In this document: one piece after another, positions 10,345 to 20,181 of the stretch
Layout: every line of letters begins with the position of its first letter
Numbering within the stretch: position 1 is the stretch's first letter
From: Acinetobacter tianfuensis
Lineage (GTDB): Bacteria; Pseudomonadota; Gammaproteobacteria; Pseudomonadales; Moraxellaceae
NCBI RefSeq assembly: GCF_003611465.1
Contig: NZ_RAXV01000034.1
Coordinates: forward strand, 1-40,000
DNA: 40,000 bases
Direction: 5' to 3'
Translations under genes and position numbers: made by a program
The notes under the pieces: model-generated
Told to the model about the DNA's origin: nothing
Databases searched by the model: none
Seen by the model: only the letters and a program-made list of their open reading frames with translations

Positions 10345-11574
10345 TTATTTCACAAGCTTACGAAGATCTTGGCTAAGATCTAAATATTTGTCCGCTTCAA
10401 ACAATGCATTCTTGCTGATCAGCTTTTTAAGATGACGCATGTCTTTGGCTGCGTTCACAGTGATACCGCCCACGATCACACCGTCGGTCACACCGAACAA
10501 TACGAAAGAAGATTCCGCACGCTGCTCTGCATTGATTTCACCGCGTACCTGCCATTCGCTGGCTGCCATATCACCTACGAATTGGTAGTTGATGTCTAGC
10601 TGATCTGTCCAGAACCAAGCTGGATTTGGCACAGGATGCTCAACACCCATCACATGACGCGCGAAGATGCCTGCTTGAAGGTTGGCATTTTCCCAAGTTT
10701 CCACACGGCGGTGGTTACCGCAGTCACGAAGCTGAGTCGCAACATCACCTGCAGCATAGATGTCAGCATTAGACGTTTGGCAGTTTTCATTCACAAGAAT
10801 GGCAACATTTACGTCTAAGCCAGCATCCGCTGCAAGCTGTGCATTTGGCACAATGCCGATACCATAAATCACTGCATCTGCACGTAAAACTTCGCCATCA
10901 CCTAAAGTCACAACAACTTCTTCGCCTTCAAGCTTGCAGTCTGCAATTGAAGTGGAAAGACGCACGTCTACCCCTGCAAGGCGCTGCTGTTCAAGCAAGA
11001 ATTCGCTCAAAATACGTGGCGAAGAACGGCCCATCACCATTGGACCCATTTCAATGACGGTAACGATACAGTCTTTGAAACGAGCCGATGAAGCAAGCTC
11101 TAGACCGATTACACCGCCGCCGATCAAGACAATACGCTTACCAGCCTGCAATACAGGAACAAGCGCTTGAGAATCTTCAAGGTTACGCAGTGTATAAACG
11201 TGTTTGCCCAAAGCATCGAAGTTTGGCAAACGGCGCGCTGCGCCGCCTGTTGCTAGAAGCAATTTGTCATAAGCAACAAGATCACCGTTTTGAAGTGCAA
11301 CCGTTTTCGCATCTGCATTGATTTTCACAACGCCATTGCCGCGAATGGTTTCAACACCAAGTTCTGCCAATTTGTCTTCTGACAAAATTTCAATCTTGGT
11401 GTCGGAAGGTTTTAGAATCACGTCTTTTGATAATGGCGGACGCTCATAAGGAAGATGCGTTTCATCACCAATTAAAATGATTTTGCCTTCGTATTTGTTG
11501 CCGCGAAGTTCTAAAATCGCGCTCGCACCTGCTTGGCCAGCACCTACGATTACAACGGTTTCGATGTTGCTCAT
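10345..11574 (-). CDS. hcaD: Ferredoxin-NAD(+) reductase component of 3-phenylpropionate/cinnamate dioxygenase
   Basis: The likely start MSNIETVVIVGAGQAG (FAD GxGxxG) trims 17 codons from the track ORF. The protein has two Rossmann folds and HLPYERPPLSK, as in HcaD/BphG. Confidence 0.85.
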   Translation of the reverse strand: MSNIETVVIVGAGQAGASAILELRGNKYEGKIILIGDETHLPYERPPLSKDVILKPSDTKIEILSEDKLAELGVETIRGNGVVKINADAKTVALQNGDLVAYDKLLLATGGAARRLPNFDALGKHVYTLRNLEDSQALVPVLQAGKRIVLIGGGVIGLELASSARFKDCIVTVIEMGPMVMGRSSPRILSEFLLEQQRLAGVDVRLSTSIADCKLEGEEVVVTLGDGEVLRADAVIYGIGIVPNAQLAADAGLDVNVAILVNENCQTSNADIYAAGDVATQLRDCGNHRRVETWENANLQAGIFARHVMGVEHPVPNPAWFWTDQLDINYQFVGDMAASEWQVRGEINAEQRAESSFVLFGVTDGVIVGGITVNAAKDMRHLKKLISKNALFEADKYLDLSQDLRKLVK

Positions 11575-11579
11575 GTAAA

Positions 11580-12545
11580 TTAACCTTTTAATTCTGCAGA
11601 TACGATGCCGAAGCCCGCAATCCACTCGCTAATATCTTCATAGCAGTGAGTTGTCATTTCATACTCACCAAGTTCGCTGAGCGCAGCAAAAGCAGCCATC
11701 CATGAACGGACTTCTTGACCGCCACGGCCGCCGTCACGGCGGATTTCTGCCTCTGTCATTGCTTCCAGCGCAACGAAATCAGCATTCTTGAATTTTTCAA
11801 GCAATGCGATATCCCATTCAGGACTCAATGGCACAGCAACAGACGTATCGCCTGCAGCCAATTTCTGGCCCACAGCAATAATCTTCGCTTGACGTGCATT
11901 ACGCGCTTCTGCTGTTGGGTTGCGGCCCGCAATCAGGAACTCTTCCACTTCAGGCGGCACAGCACCCATTTGCGGTGTCGGCGGATCGTGTGAAAGACCG
12001 CCAGTCCCCAGCACAAGCACACGCTCATTTTCAAGGTTTAAAGACTGGATAAACTGACCTACAGCACGGCCCAAAGCGATCGTGCGCTTTGTGGTTGGCA
12101 TCGGTGCTGCAGCGCCATTGATAAATACTGGAATCGTTGGATAACGATCAAGTTTGCCTTCGCATAAAAAATGTAAGGGCTGAGTCACACCATGATCCGC
12201 TTGCATACGGTATGAGTATGCAACGTCCACACCTTCATCGAGCACACGGCGAACCATCGCCAAAGCTTTGTCCTCAGGCACATTAATATGGTCATTGTCT
12301 TTACCGTAATCCCAGTCGCCTGCAGCTTTGGCACGGATACCCACGCAGAAACTTGGCATCAGGTCATAGAAGAAACCATTGAAATGGTCTGGACCAAACG
12401 TGATGATTAAGGTCGGGTCGTAAGCTTTTACTTCAGCAGACAGTGTTTCAAAAGCATCGCGAACTTTTTGCTCTTGAGATTGATCTTGCGGTGAAGCAAA
12501 TTCCATTAAAGGACTGTGCGATGCACAAATAAGTTTAACGGCCAT
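11580..12545 (-). CDS. mhpB: LigB-type extradiol dioxygenase, 2,3-dihydroxyphenylpropionate 1,2-dioxygenase-like
   Basis: The start MAVKLICASHSPL has TGGAG 6 nt upstream. APDHFNGFFYD-type, GGLSH and EWIAGFG motifs are shared with E. coli MhpB. Confidence 0.75.
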   Translation of the reverse strand: MAVKLICASHSPLMEFASPQDQSQEQKVRDAFETLSAEVKAYDPTLIITFGPDHFNGFFYDLMPSFCVGIRAKAAGDWDYGKDNDHINVPEDKALAMVRRVLDEGVDVAYSYRMQADHGVTQPLHFLCEGKLDRYPTIPVFINGAAAPMPTTKRTIALGRAVGQFIQSLNLENERVLVLGTGGLSHDPPTPQMGAVPPEVEEFLIAGRNPTAEARNARQAKIIAVGQKLAAGDTSVAVPLSPEWDIALLEKFKNADFVALEAMTEAEIRRDGGRGGQEVRSWMAAFAALSELGEYEMTTHCYEDISEWIAGFGIVSAELKG

Positions 12546-12555
12546 GAGAGACTCC

Positions 12556-12585
12556 AAAAAGGAAGGCAGCTAATGCTTAGCTGCC
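12556..12585 (-). terminator. Terminator-like hairpin inside the operon, between hcaB and mhpB
   Basis: Minus strand: GGCAGCTAA-gca-TTAGCTGCC followed by TTCCTTTTT. 9-bp perfect stem. Confidence 0.4.
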
Positions 12586-12610
12586 GATAAGTCCATTTAA
12601 GACTGGATTT

Positions 12611-13426
12611 TTATTCGTCAAAGAAACCTGCACGCGGCTGACGCAAGCCGCGAATTCCTAGACCGCATTCTGCATTAATCAGAACACCAGTCAGCGGACG
12701 GTTATTTTGACGAGATGCCAAGAGCACGTATGAACCCGTCATTTCTTCCGGCTCAGGCAGGAAGTTCAGCGGCATGCCGCGCGCGATTTTCTCAGGATCA
12801 CGGGCATCCAGCAGGCCAACATTGTCTTGACCCAAAGATGCAGCGCCTTTGATGTTCACATTCATACCTGACGGAGCAACAGCGTTCACTCGTACTTTAG
12901 GCGCAAGCTCATAAGCCAATTCTTTCATAATACCCACACCTGCATGCTTAGATGCAGTGTATACAGGGCCTCCGCCAGCGGAGTACAGTGCCGAATTAGA
13001 CAAAGTAAATATGATAGAACCTTCAGAAGCGATCAATGCATCCAGCGCAGCTTTAGCGCCAAGGATTAACGACTTGGTGTTAATCCCCATGATTTCATCA
13101 AAGGCTTTATCCAGCTGTTCACCGGAAGTATTGACGATATCGGCATAATGATCCCAGATACCGGCATTGCCTACGAAGCAATCCAGCTTGCCAAAACGCT
13201 CTACAGTGGCATTTACAGCACGGACATTGTCTTCATAGCTGGCAACATCACCAGCGATTGCAAGAATACGGTCACCGAAATGTTCTTTTAAAGCATCAAC
13301 TTTAGATTGCGAACGCTGAAGAACCGCAACCTGTGCGCCTTCTTCTAAGAAACGTTCAACTAAAGCCCAGCCTAAACCAGAACCGCCGCCTGTGATTAAT
13401 GCAACTTCGCCTTGCAGCCAGCCCAT
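12611..13426 (-). CDS. hcaB: cis-dihydrodiol dehydrogenase (SDR), 2,3-dihydroxy-2,3-dihydrophenylpropionate dehydrogenase
   Basis: 271 aa with ITGGGSGLG, NAGIWD and YTASKHA. Very close to E. coli HcaB as recalled. Confidence 0.85.
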   Translation of the reverse strand: MGWLQGEVALITGGGSGLGWALVERFLEEGAQVAVLQRSQSKVDALKEHFGDRILAIAGDVASYEDNVRAVNATVERFGKLDCFVGNAGIWDHYADIVNTSGEQLDKAFDEIMGINTKSLILGAKAALDALIASEGSIIFTLSNSALYSAGGGPVYTASKHAGVGIMKELAYELAPKVRVNAVAPSGMNVNIKGAASLGQDNVGLLDARDPEKIARGMPLNFLPEPEEMTGSYVLLASRQNNRPLTGVLINAECGLGIRGLRQPRAGFFDE

Positions 13427-13428
13427 GA

Positions 13429-13755
13429 TTACTCTCCTGCCATCTCAACAAATAACGCGCCATCTTCAACAACAACCGGGAATGTTTGAATTGAGTCAGT
13501 TGCCGGTAAGCAAAGCGCCTGACCTGTTTTCAAACAAAAACGTGCAGCATGAAGCGGGCACTCTACTGTACCGTCATCCTCAAGGTAGCCTTCAGACATA
13601 GACGCGTTGCCGTGTGAGCAGCGGTCATTCATTGCAAAGAACTCACCGCCGTTGTTGAATACTGCAAGCGCATCAATACCGTTTACGCCGCAATCTACTT
13701 TCAATGCTTCGCCTTCGTCTAATTCATCAACTTGGCAAACAAAAATTTTATTCAT
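13429..13755 (-). CDS. hcaC: Rieske-type ferredoxin component
   Basis: 108 aa with the CSHG...CPLH Rieske motif. Confidence 0.9.
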   Translation of the reverse strand: MNKIFVCQVDELDEGEALKVDCGVNGIDALAVFNNGGEFFAMNDRCSHGNASMSEGYLEDDGTVECPLHAARFCLKTGQALCLPATDSIQTFPVVVEDGALFVEMAGE

Positions 13756-14273
13756 TAGAAGAATACACTCAGGTTATGTGAGTTATACGTCACTTGATCA
13801 AGCACGATCTTACGGTTGAAGATCTGGAAGCCTAAGCCGCCTTCAACTTTACGGATCTTGTCATGACGCTTACCGCAGTAAATCGTTACGTCTTTCTCTT
13901 TTTGCGTACGGTATAACAAATATGTTACGTACACATCGTATTCGCCCTCTGTCTCAGCAGCTTCTACAATCACGTTGCTCACCATGTGAGTTGTACGCGA
14001 CGGAGGCTCTTCAGCCCAAGCCATGCCTGTTTCAAGACGGGCAACACGGCGCTCTAAAAGATCTTTCGAGTCGTTGAACACCCAAGTTGTAGGCGGTTCA
14101 ACTGAACGGCGGCGGTCACGGGTTTGTGCATTTGGCGTTGTACGCAGCGTATAAGAAATATCTTCCGCCAACACAGCCAGCCAATCGCGGAATTTCCAGT
14201 CATCAAGAAGCTTTGCTTCTTGATAAAGGAACTGACTAATTTGGTGATGAAGTTCTAAACTCACTTGACTCAT
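13755..14273 (-). CDS. hcaF: Ring-hydroxylating dioxygenase beta subunit
   Basis: 172 aa with an NTF2-like beta-subunit pattern. It overlaps hcaE by 4 nt, and its stop overlaps the hcaC start (TAATG). Confidence 0.85.
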   Translation of the reverse strand: MSQVSLELHHQISQFLYQEAKLLDDWKFRDWLAVLAEDISYTLRTTPNAQTRDRRRSVEPPTTWVFNDSKDLLERRVARLETGMAWAEEPPSRTTHMVSNVIVEAAETEGEYDVYVTYLLYRTQKEKDVTIYCGKRHDKIRKVEGGLGFQIFNRKIVLDQVTYNSHNLSVFF

Positions 14274-15637
14274 TTCATAAGCTCCTTCTCGTATTCGTCA
14301 GCCGCTGCTTCAACGTCTTCCCATTTTTCATGAATCAATAGATCTGCCCAGCGGCGGTACATGCCGCGCGCTGCAGTTTCAGAGAAAATATAGTTGGTGA
14401 TACCAGGGATACCGTCTTCACGTACTTTCTCGTTGCCTTTACCCATTTCCATAATGAGTTTGTTTTGACGCGCTTTATAGCCGCGTAAAACTTTTTGAAT
14501 CTCAATCCAGTTTTCAGAGTCATCTTGCTCTAGGAAACCAGCTGGACCGAAGGCGCGCGTTGCCGAACGCTCAAATGCTTCTTTCACTTCTTGAGATGCT
14601 TCAGCGTCTGCAATACAGAATGCCCACACTTCAGTTTTATTTGGACCGCGCGGGTGCCATACGCGAAGTGTCGCCGTACCGTTCAGCCAAGACAGTGTCG
14701 GGAACATGGTGTTGTGACCTGCAAGACGCAGTGCGCGCACTTCACCCAAACGCTCTTTAACTTCTTCATAAGTTTCACGGAAGTAGTTTGCAACTTCACC
14801 GTCAACCCATACGTTCGCATCTGGTTTTTCTGTAAAGAAGAAACCTGAACCATGGCCGCGTGAACCGTATTGAAGCGCATCTTTCGCTGTTTCCCATACT
14901 GGACGAGCCGTTTGCGCAGCGCCTAGTTTTTTAGATGCTTCGTCGTCTGGTTTTGCGCCAAGCACTTGAATCGCAGAAGCGTGAGAGAACAAGGCATGGT
15001 ATTGGTCAGAAGCGAACTGTTCCGCTGCAAATTTCCAGTTACAGTCGATTTCCCACTTGTGCACACCGCCGATGATTTCTGTACCGCCTGGACGACGATC
15101 CAGAACACCATCTAAATACCACGCGATATCGCCCATGTATTCTTCTAGGTCAGGCGTTGTTTCATCCCAGCAAGCAAATACTAAACCTTTGTATGATTTA
15201 ACACGGTTGACTTCAATCAGGCCCCATTGCTCTTTGCAAGCGCCGTGCGGATAAGCGCGCTCTTCAAGCGGAATATCTTTGAGTGAACCGTCAATGCCGT
15301 ATGACCAGCCGTGGTACGGGCAAGTAAACGCACGGGTATTGCCGCAGTCTGCAAAGCTTACGCGCATAGAACGGTGACGGCATTGGTTTAAAAATGCTTT
15401 GATTGAACCGTCTTTTTGGCGCGCCACAATAATCGGATCTTCACCCATATAGGTATTGAAGAAATCACCAGCCTTAGGAATTTGGCTTTCATGGCATAGG
15501 AATAACCAAGTACGACCAAATACGCGCTCTAGCTCAAGCTCGTAGATGTCAGGATTAGTATAGATAGATGGCGTGATACGTCCATTTTGTGCATCGACTA
15601 AAGCATCGATTTCGCACACATCAATTTTTCCACTCAT
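14270..15637 (-). CDS. hcaE: Ring-hydroxylating dioxygenase alpha subunit (3-phenylpropionate/cinnamate dioxygenase)
   Basis: Start MSGKID with AGGAG 8 nt upstream. Rieske CRHR...CPYHGW. Long stretches are identical to E. coli HcaE as recalled ([55 protein letters not shown]). Confidence 0.9.
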   Translation of the reverse strand: MSGKIDVCEIDALVDAQNGRITPSIYTNPDIYELELERVFGRTWLFLCHESQIPKAGDFFNTYMGEDPIIVARQKDGSIKAFLNQCRHRSMRVSFADCGNTRAFTCPYHGWSYGIDGSLKDIPLEERAYPHGACKEQWGLIEVNRVKSYKGLVFACWDETTPDLEEYMGDIAWYLDGVLDRRPGGTEIIGGVHKWEIDCNWKFAAEQFASDQYHALFSHASAIQVLGAKPDDEASKKLGAAQTARPVWETAKDALQYGSRGHGSGFFFTEKPDANVWVDGEVANYFRETYEEVKERLGEVRALRLAGHNTMFPTLSWLNGTATLRVWHPRGPNKTEVWAFCIADAEASQEVKEAFERSATRAFGPAGFLEQDDSENWIEIQKVLRGYKARQNKLIMEMGKGNEKVREDGIPGITNYIFSETAARGMYRRWADLLIHEKWEDVEAAADEYEKELMK

Positions 15638-15808
15638 GAAAAGCTCTCCTGTGACCAGCAATGGCACAAAGTAAATAGACTCAACTTTTCAACGATGATG
15701 GATTTTTGGCAGGTTTTGGTGAAATATTTTTTTTGTTTTAATTAAGAGATTTTAGAGATTATTAATCGGGTTATTCCTTATATTAAAACACCAAGGAAAG
15801 GCTGTAGA

Positions 15809-15827
15809 CCATTTACTTCCTAAATGG
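15809..15827. promoter_or_regulatory. Perfect inverted repeat CCATTTA-N5-TAAATGG (fits LysR T-N11-A) in the hcaR/hcaE divergent region
   Basis: 7-bp perfect arms, ~90 bp upstream of the hcaR ATG. Confidence 0.4.
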
Positions 15828-15917
15828 CAAAATAATCTGCACGCCATAGTTGATTATAGATTATACTGACTCGAACTCATAGTAAGACATTTTTTGGATT
15901 ACTCCTAGGCTGAATAT

Positions 15918-16817
15918 ATGGAATTACGACACCTTCGCTACTTTATTACCGTTGCTGAAGAATTGAACTTCAGTAAAGCTGCTTTAAAACTTTATACCGC
16001 TCAGCCTTCGCTCAGCCAGCAAATTAAGGACCTGGAAGAAGACGTAGGCGTACAGCTGCTTCACCGCACCAAGCGTAAAGTAGAACTGACTGAAGAAGGC
16101 GCCGTATTTCTAGAACAAGCCCGCTTAACCCTTGCGCAAGCCGACAAAGCCATTGCGATGGCGCGTCAGGTTTCACAAGCTAAACAGCAAATGCTGCGCA
16201 TTGGCTTTGTGCCTGTTGCAGAGATGAAAATCTTCCCGTATGTCTTGCCAAACCTGCGTGTACAGAACCCTGACCTCAAAATTGAACTGCTAAGCCTCAA
16301 CAATATTGAGCAAATGAAATTGCTGAAAAAAGGTGAGCTCGATATCACCTTTACCCGCCATAATTTCAACAGTGACGAAATTGAAAGCCAGTTTGTGCTG
16401 CGCGAACCCTTGCTGTTTATTTTGCCAAAAGACCACCCGCTGGCAAAACATGAGAGAATCCCCGTTAAAGCATTGAATGGTATAGATTTTATTATCCCAG
16501 CGGCTGAACAGTCACTAACCCTGCACAACACAATTTTAGACTTTGCGAAAACCAATAATATCGAATTCAATATTGTTCAAAAAGCGGATAATATTCTATT
16601 TAATATCAACTCGATCGGCATGGGCCTAGGCTGTACAATTCTGCCGGGCTATATTGCGCCGCTGACCATGAACAATACGGTCATCCGTCCGCTGGATATC
16701 GAGCTGCCATATTTGGACCTATACGTCAGCTGGCGTAAAAACAGTGAATCCGTCGCAGTCAATAAATTTATGGAATTGCTGACACGCGTATTTTATTTAG
16801 ATATTACACGTGACTAG
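15918..16817 (+). CDS. hcaR: LysR-family transcriptional regulator, divergent from hcaE
   Basis: 299 aa. MELRHLRYFITVAEELNFSKAA is a LysR HTH. Its position matches E. coli hcaR. Confidence 0.8.
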   Translation: MELRHLRYFITVAEELNFSKAALKLYTAQPSLSQQIKDLEEDVGVQLLHRTKRKVELTEEGAVFLEQARLTLAQADKAIAMARQVSQAKQQMLRIGFVPVAEMKIFPYVLPNLRVQNPDLKIELLSLNNIEQMKLLKKGELDITFTRHNFNSDEIESQFVLREPLLFILPKDHPLAKHERIPVKALNGIDFIIPAAEQSLTLHNTILDFAKTNNIEFNIVQKADNILFNINSIGMGLGCTILPGYIAPLTMNNTVIRPLDIELPYLDLYVSWRKNSESVAVNKFMELLTRVFYLDITRD

Positions 16818-16854
16818 CCCCAATCCACTCAAACGTTTGTATTAAAATTAAACA

Positions 16855-16891
16855 GCACCATTATTTCCTTGGTAAATAATGGTGCTTTTTT
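16855..16891 (+). terminator. Rho-independent terminator of hcaR
   Basis: GCACCATTATTT-ccttggt-AAATAATGGTGC followed by TTTTTT. Confidence 0.85.
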
Positions 16892-17170
16892 ATGCGCAAA
16901 AAGTTTATTTTTCACTCATTCCAGACTTAAGTATGAGTCTATTTAAGTCATTGCCGATCTTTTTTTCCAATAACAGTCATGCAAATTTTTACTGCCGCCG
17001 GCTTTCAAAAATATCAAAGCATTCAAATTACAACTTAAGTCTAATACTTGAACCTTATGCTCTTCCCATTTTTGAGCCGCTCATTCTGCAGCAAATGAAA
17101 GATTTTCTGAATATATTTTAAAATACATGATAATAATACTCATTTAATTATACCGCTTTATTTTTAAGCT

Positions 17171-17199
17171 AAAAAAAGGGATGCCGCAGCATCCCTTTT
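17171..17199 (-). terminator. Terminator after mhpC (usable on both strands)
   Basis: AAAAAAA-GGGATGC-cgca-GCATCCC-TTTT. Confidence 0.75.
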
Positions 17200-17217
17200 A
17201 TCTAACAATGATAATGT

Positions 17218-18078
17218 TTATTCAACACCATGAACCGCTAAGTAGTTTTTAATGACTGTATTAAATTCATCAGCTTTTTCAACTTGAGACCAATGGCCGC
17301 ATTGGCTGAAAATGTGCGCATCAGCATTTGGAACAATATTTAAAATGTCCCAAGTCCGTGAAACTGGGATCACCACGTCTTGCGTACCGTGAATCAAAAG
17401 TACAGGCACAGTGATTTCTTTCATTTTTTCGAAGTCTAACGGGAATTCGAAACGGTCACGGTCACGTGCGCCCACAACATCCATCAAACGGTTTGATGCA
17501 TAGTCATTTGCAGCAGATGCAAAGCGTACTTTTACCAATTCATCAGTGATCAAATCTTTGTTCACAACAAACATAGATAATGTTTTCTTGATGCCTTCTT
17601 CTGTTAATACCGGATTTGCATGTGCTTTAAGCGCTGCTGTTTGTTTCGCGCCGCCAGTCCCCATAGACACGATACCCAATACACGCTCAGGATAATCCAG
17701 CGCCATTTGAAAAGCTAACCAGCCGCCTAGTGAGTTGCCCACTAACCATGTTTTTTCAATGCCAAGCGCATCTAAAGTACGTACAGCATGATCCACCCAA
17801 GCGCGGATACCGTAAGCTGTATTTGGCGCAACAACAGTTTGGCCATAGCCAATCGTGTCAATTGCGATGCAGCGCGCCTGCTCGCCAATTTGCGGCAAAT
17901 TCAGCCACCAGTTTGCAGCTGCAGATACACCCGTACCTGAACCGTGCAAGAATAGAATTGGAGTACCTTCACCAATTTCGTGATAGTGAGTGAGCTCACC
18001 TTCAGCTGTTTCAATCCATTTATCTTCTAAACCGAAAAATGAATCAGTTGTGTATTCAGGGATTTGAACTGTGCTCAT
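17218..18078 (-). CDS. mhpC: Meta-cleavage product (C-C bond) hydrolase, alpha/beta fold
   Basis: 286 aa with the nucleophile elbow GNSLGG, HGSG, and a C-terminal catalytic His (CGHW). MhpC/BphD family. Confidence 0.8.
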   Translation of the reverse strand: MSTVQIPEYTTDSFFGLEDKWIETAEGELTHYHEIGEGTPILFLHGSGTGVSAAANWWLNLPQIGEQARCIAIDTIGYGQTVVAPNTAYGIRAWVDHAVRTLDALGIEKTWLVGNSLGGWLAFQMALDYPERVLGIVSMGTGGAKQTAALKAHANPVLTEEGIKKTLSMFVVNKDLITDELVKVRFASAANDYASNRLMDVVGARDRDRFEFPLDFEKMKEITVPVLLIHGTQDVVIPVSRTWDILNIVPNADAHIFSQCGHWSQVEKADEFNTVIKNYLAVHGVE

Positions 18079-18316
18079 ACATACTCCTCGTACAGCGTAG
18101 CGCTTGCGTTTTCATCCGATCCAGATTTAAACGCTAATGGATTAAACATTTTTGTGTTTGACTCAATCATATTAACCGCTATCGCATGCCTAACTGATAC
18201 AAAATTACGATCATAAACAACATATTAAATATAATTTATCCTTTTGTTTTAAAACAGTTTTTTAAAACAAATACCCTTAGTTTCTGTCAGGTATTTTCCA
18301 GCCAAATACATTTGGC

Positions 18317-18347
18317 AAAAAAAGCAGCTGTGTACAGCTGCTTTTTT
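18317..18347 (-). terminator. Terminator after the porin gene (bidirectional shape)
   Basis: AAAAAAA-GCAGCTG-tgta-CAGCTGC-TTTTTT. Confidence 0.8.
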
Positions 18348-18364
18348 ATATAAGTTTCCGCAAA

Positions 18365-19618
18365 TTAGAACTTATAGTTATAAGTTACAGCAGTACGGTA
18401 TTCTTTTAAGTCTGATTTATAGTCAAAGTCTGCATCAATATACATTGCCTGCACACCTAAACCTTTCAGCTTGCCCTCTGGAACGGTGTAATTCACAATT
18501 AAATTCAGCTCATCTGAATCTTGATCTTTCTTACCATTGGTCTCAGCATCTTGACCCAGCATGTAAACCGCAGTCGCATTTAAACCTTTAGCACCCATTT
18601 CAGAGAAATCATAGCCATAGGTTAAGCCATACGATTTTTCATTTTTTGCCGTGAATGTCGCAACACCCCAGTTCACTAAATAAGGCTGCGGCACCCAGCC
18701 GCCCAAAGTCGGGAATGCTGAATCGCCAAACATTTGTTGATAACCTAGCCCTACTGTGTGCGCGCCATAATTTAATTTTGCACCGACAGAGAGTGCTTGG
18801 TTATCAATTTCGCCATACAGCTTGTCGCCAGACTCTGAGTTATCGAAGTAACGGATATGGCTGTCTAGTTTGGCTTTTTCACCCAGCTTAGTTTTGTAGT
18901 TTACGCCTGCATAATGCTGCTGATAAATATCTTGAACATCTGCATACCAGTAGCTGCCGCCAATTTCAGGTGTGAATTGATGGTCTACACCTGCAATCCA
19001 CATACCGTCTGCTGCAGGGCCATTATCATAAAAGTTTTTACCTTTCGCAGGCGCAAACAGCGTCAAATCACGGAATTGGTTGTCATAACGGTTATTGATG
19101 CTGTCGATGTACGCCAAAGTCAGCTTCGTGTCTTTAATGTCTTTAGACTCTAGCCAAGCACCGCCAAAAGTCGTTAAAAGCTGACGCGATGGATCAAATA
19201 CCAGCACTGGAGATACTGGAAGCAGTTCACCTACTTTTAATTCAGTTTGTGACACTTTTGCTTTTAATGTCGCGCCGGCTTTACCGAAATTATCTTTTGA
19301 CTCTTTGCCGTTATGCGGCAAGATGAAATCTGCGTTTTTATCACGTGCATTTAATTTAAATGCATGCTGCACCAAAAGGTCTGCACCGACTTGAATACCC
19401 GCGCCAATATCGTGATAGCCAGACTTTGCATCCAAAGTCACGCCCTGTGTCCAAGAACCCCAGTTATTTTGCGGCGCATCCGCAATTTGACGGTCTAAAT
19501 AGAAATTTTTTAATTTCAATTGAACCTGACTGTCGTCAATAAAATCTGCATAAGTTGCAGCTGTTCCCAAGGTTGCTGTCACAGCAATAATTGCTTTCCA
19601 TAAATTTTGACGACGCAT
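18365..19618 (-). CDS. OprD-family outer-membrane porin
   Basis: 417 aa with a signal peptide ending ...TYA/DF, an N-terminal FIDDSQVQLKLKNFY, and a C-terminal aromatic residue (YKF). Confidence 0.8.
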   Translation of the reverse strand: MRRQNLWKAIIAVTATLGTAATYADFIDDSQVQLKLKNFYLDRQIADAPQNNWGSWTQGVTLDAKSGYHDIGAGIQVGADLLVQHAFKLNARDKNADFILPHNGKESKDNFGKAGATLKAKVSQTELKVGELLPVSPVLVFDPSRQLLTTFGGAWLESKDIKDTKLTLAYIDSINNRYDNQFRDLTLFAPAKGKNFYDNGPAADGMWIAGVDHQFTPEIGGSYWYADVQDIYQQHYAGVNYKTKLGEKAKLDSHIRYFDNSESGDKLYGEIDNQALSVGAKLNYGAHTVGLGYQQMFGDSAFPTLGGWVPQPYLVNWGVATFTAKNEKSYGLTYGYDFSEMGAKGLNATAVYMLGQDAETNGKKDQDSDELNLIVNYTVPEGKLKGLGVQAMYIDADFDYKSDLKEYRTAVTYNYKF

Positions 19619-20135
19619 GGCTCTCTTCCTAAATCATCAGATTAAGCTATGGCGCTATCATGCTGAACAATACGCTTTGGAGAAATCAGACCACAGTATT
19701 AAGTATTTTCGACGAAGATACTCAGCCGATAACCCTGATGATTTTGCATGCTTTTTTTTAGAGCTTTCAGCAATAACCATTTTTTCAATAGTTTACCAAA
19801 CAATAAAAACAAGCAAATGATTTTAAATATTTAATATCTATTTTCATATTTTTTTATTTATATTTTCACTCTACTTATTGCTTTTAAGTTTAATACCTTA
19901 AAAAAAGGCTGGCGTTTTTCATTAAAACCCATATCTAAAACAAATTATTCAATACTTGAAAACTATCAATATCAAATATTTAGAATAAATTTTCCCTCAT
20001 TTTTATATGCTTTTTATTGATCACCGCCCATCTTCAGATCCAGCTGCCGCATACCAGCCTAATCTTTCAATAGCGCGGCTGTGGCAAATAAAAGAAAAAC
20101 GCCATACAAGATAAACTGCCTTTTGTACAAAACGG

Positions 20136-20163
20136 AAAAAGCACCCCAAATGGAGTGCTTTTA
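20136..20163 (-). terminator. Terminator after mhpE
   Basis: Minus strand: AAGCACTCCA-ttt-GGGGTGCTT (one mismatch) followed by TTTTCC. Confidence 0.55.
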
Positions 20164-20181
20164 TTGAATCAAACTTAAAAA

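Noticed and set aside
16879-17121. 80-aa ORF between the hcaR and mhpC terminators
   Set aside because: It begins inside the hcaR terminator T-run, lies in AT-rich spacer DNA, has no SD, and gives a nonsense-like sequence.
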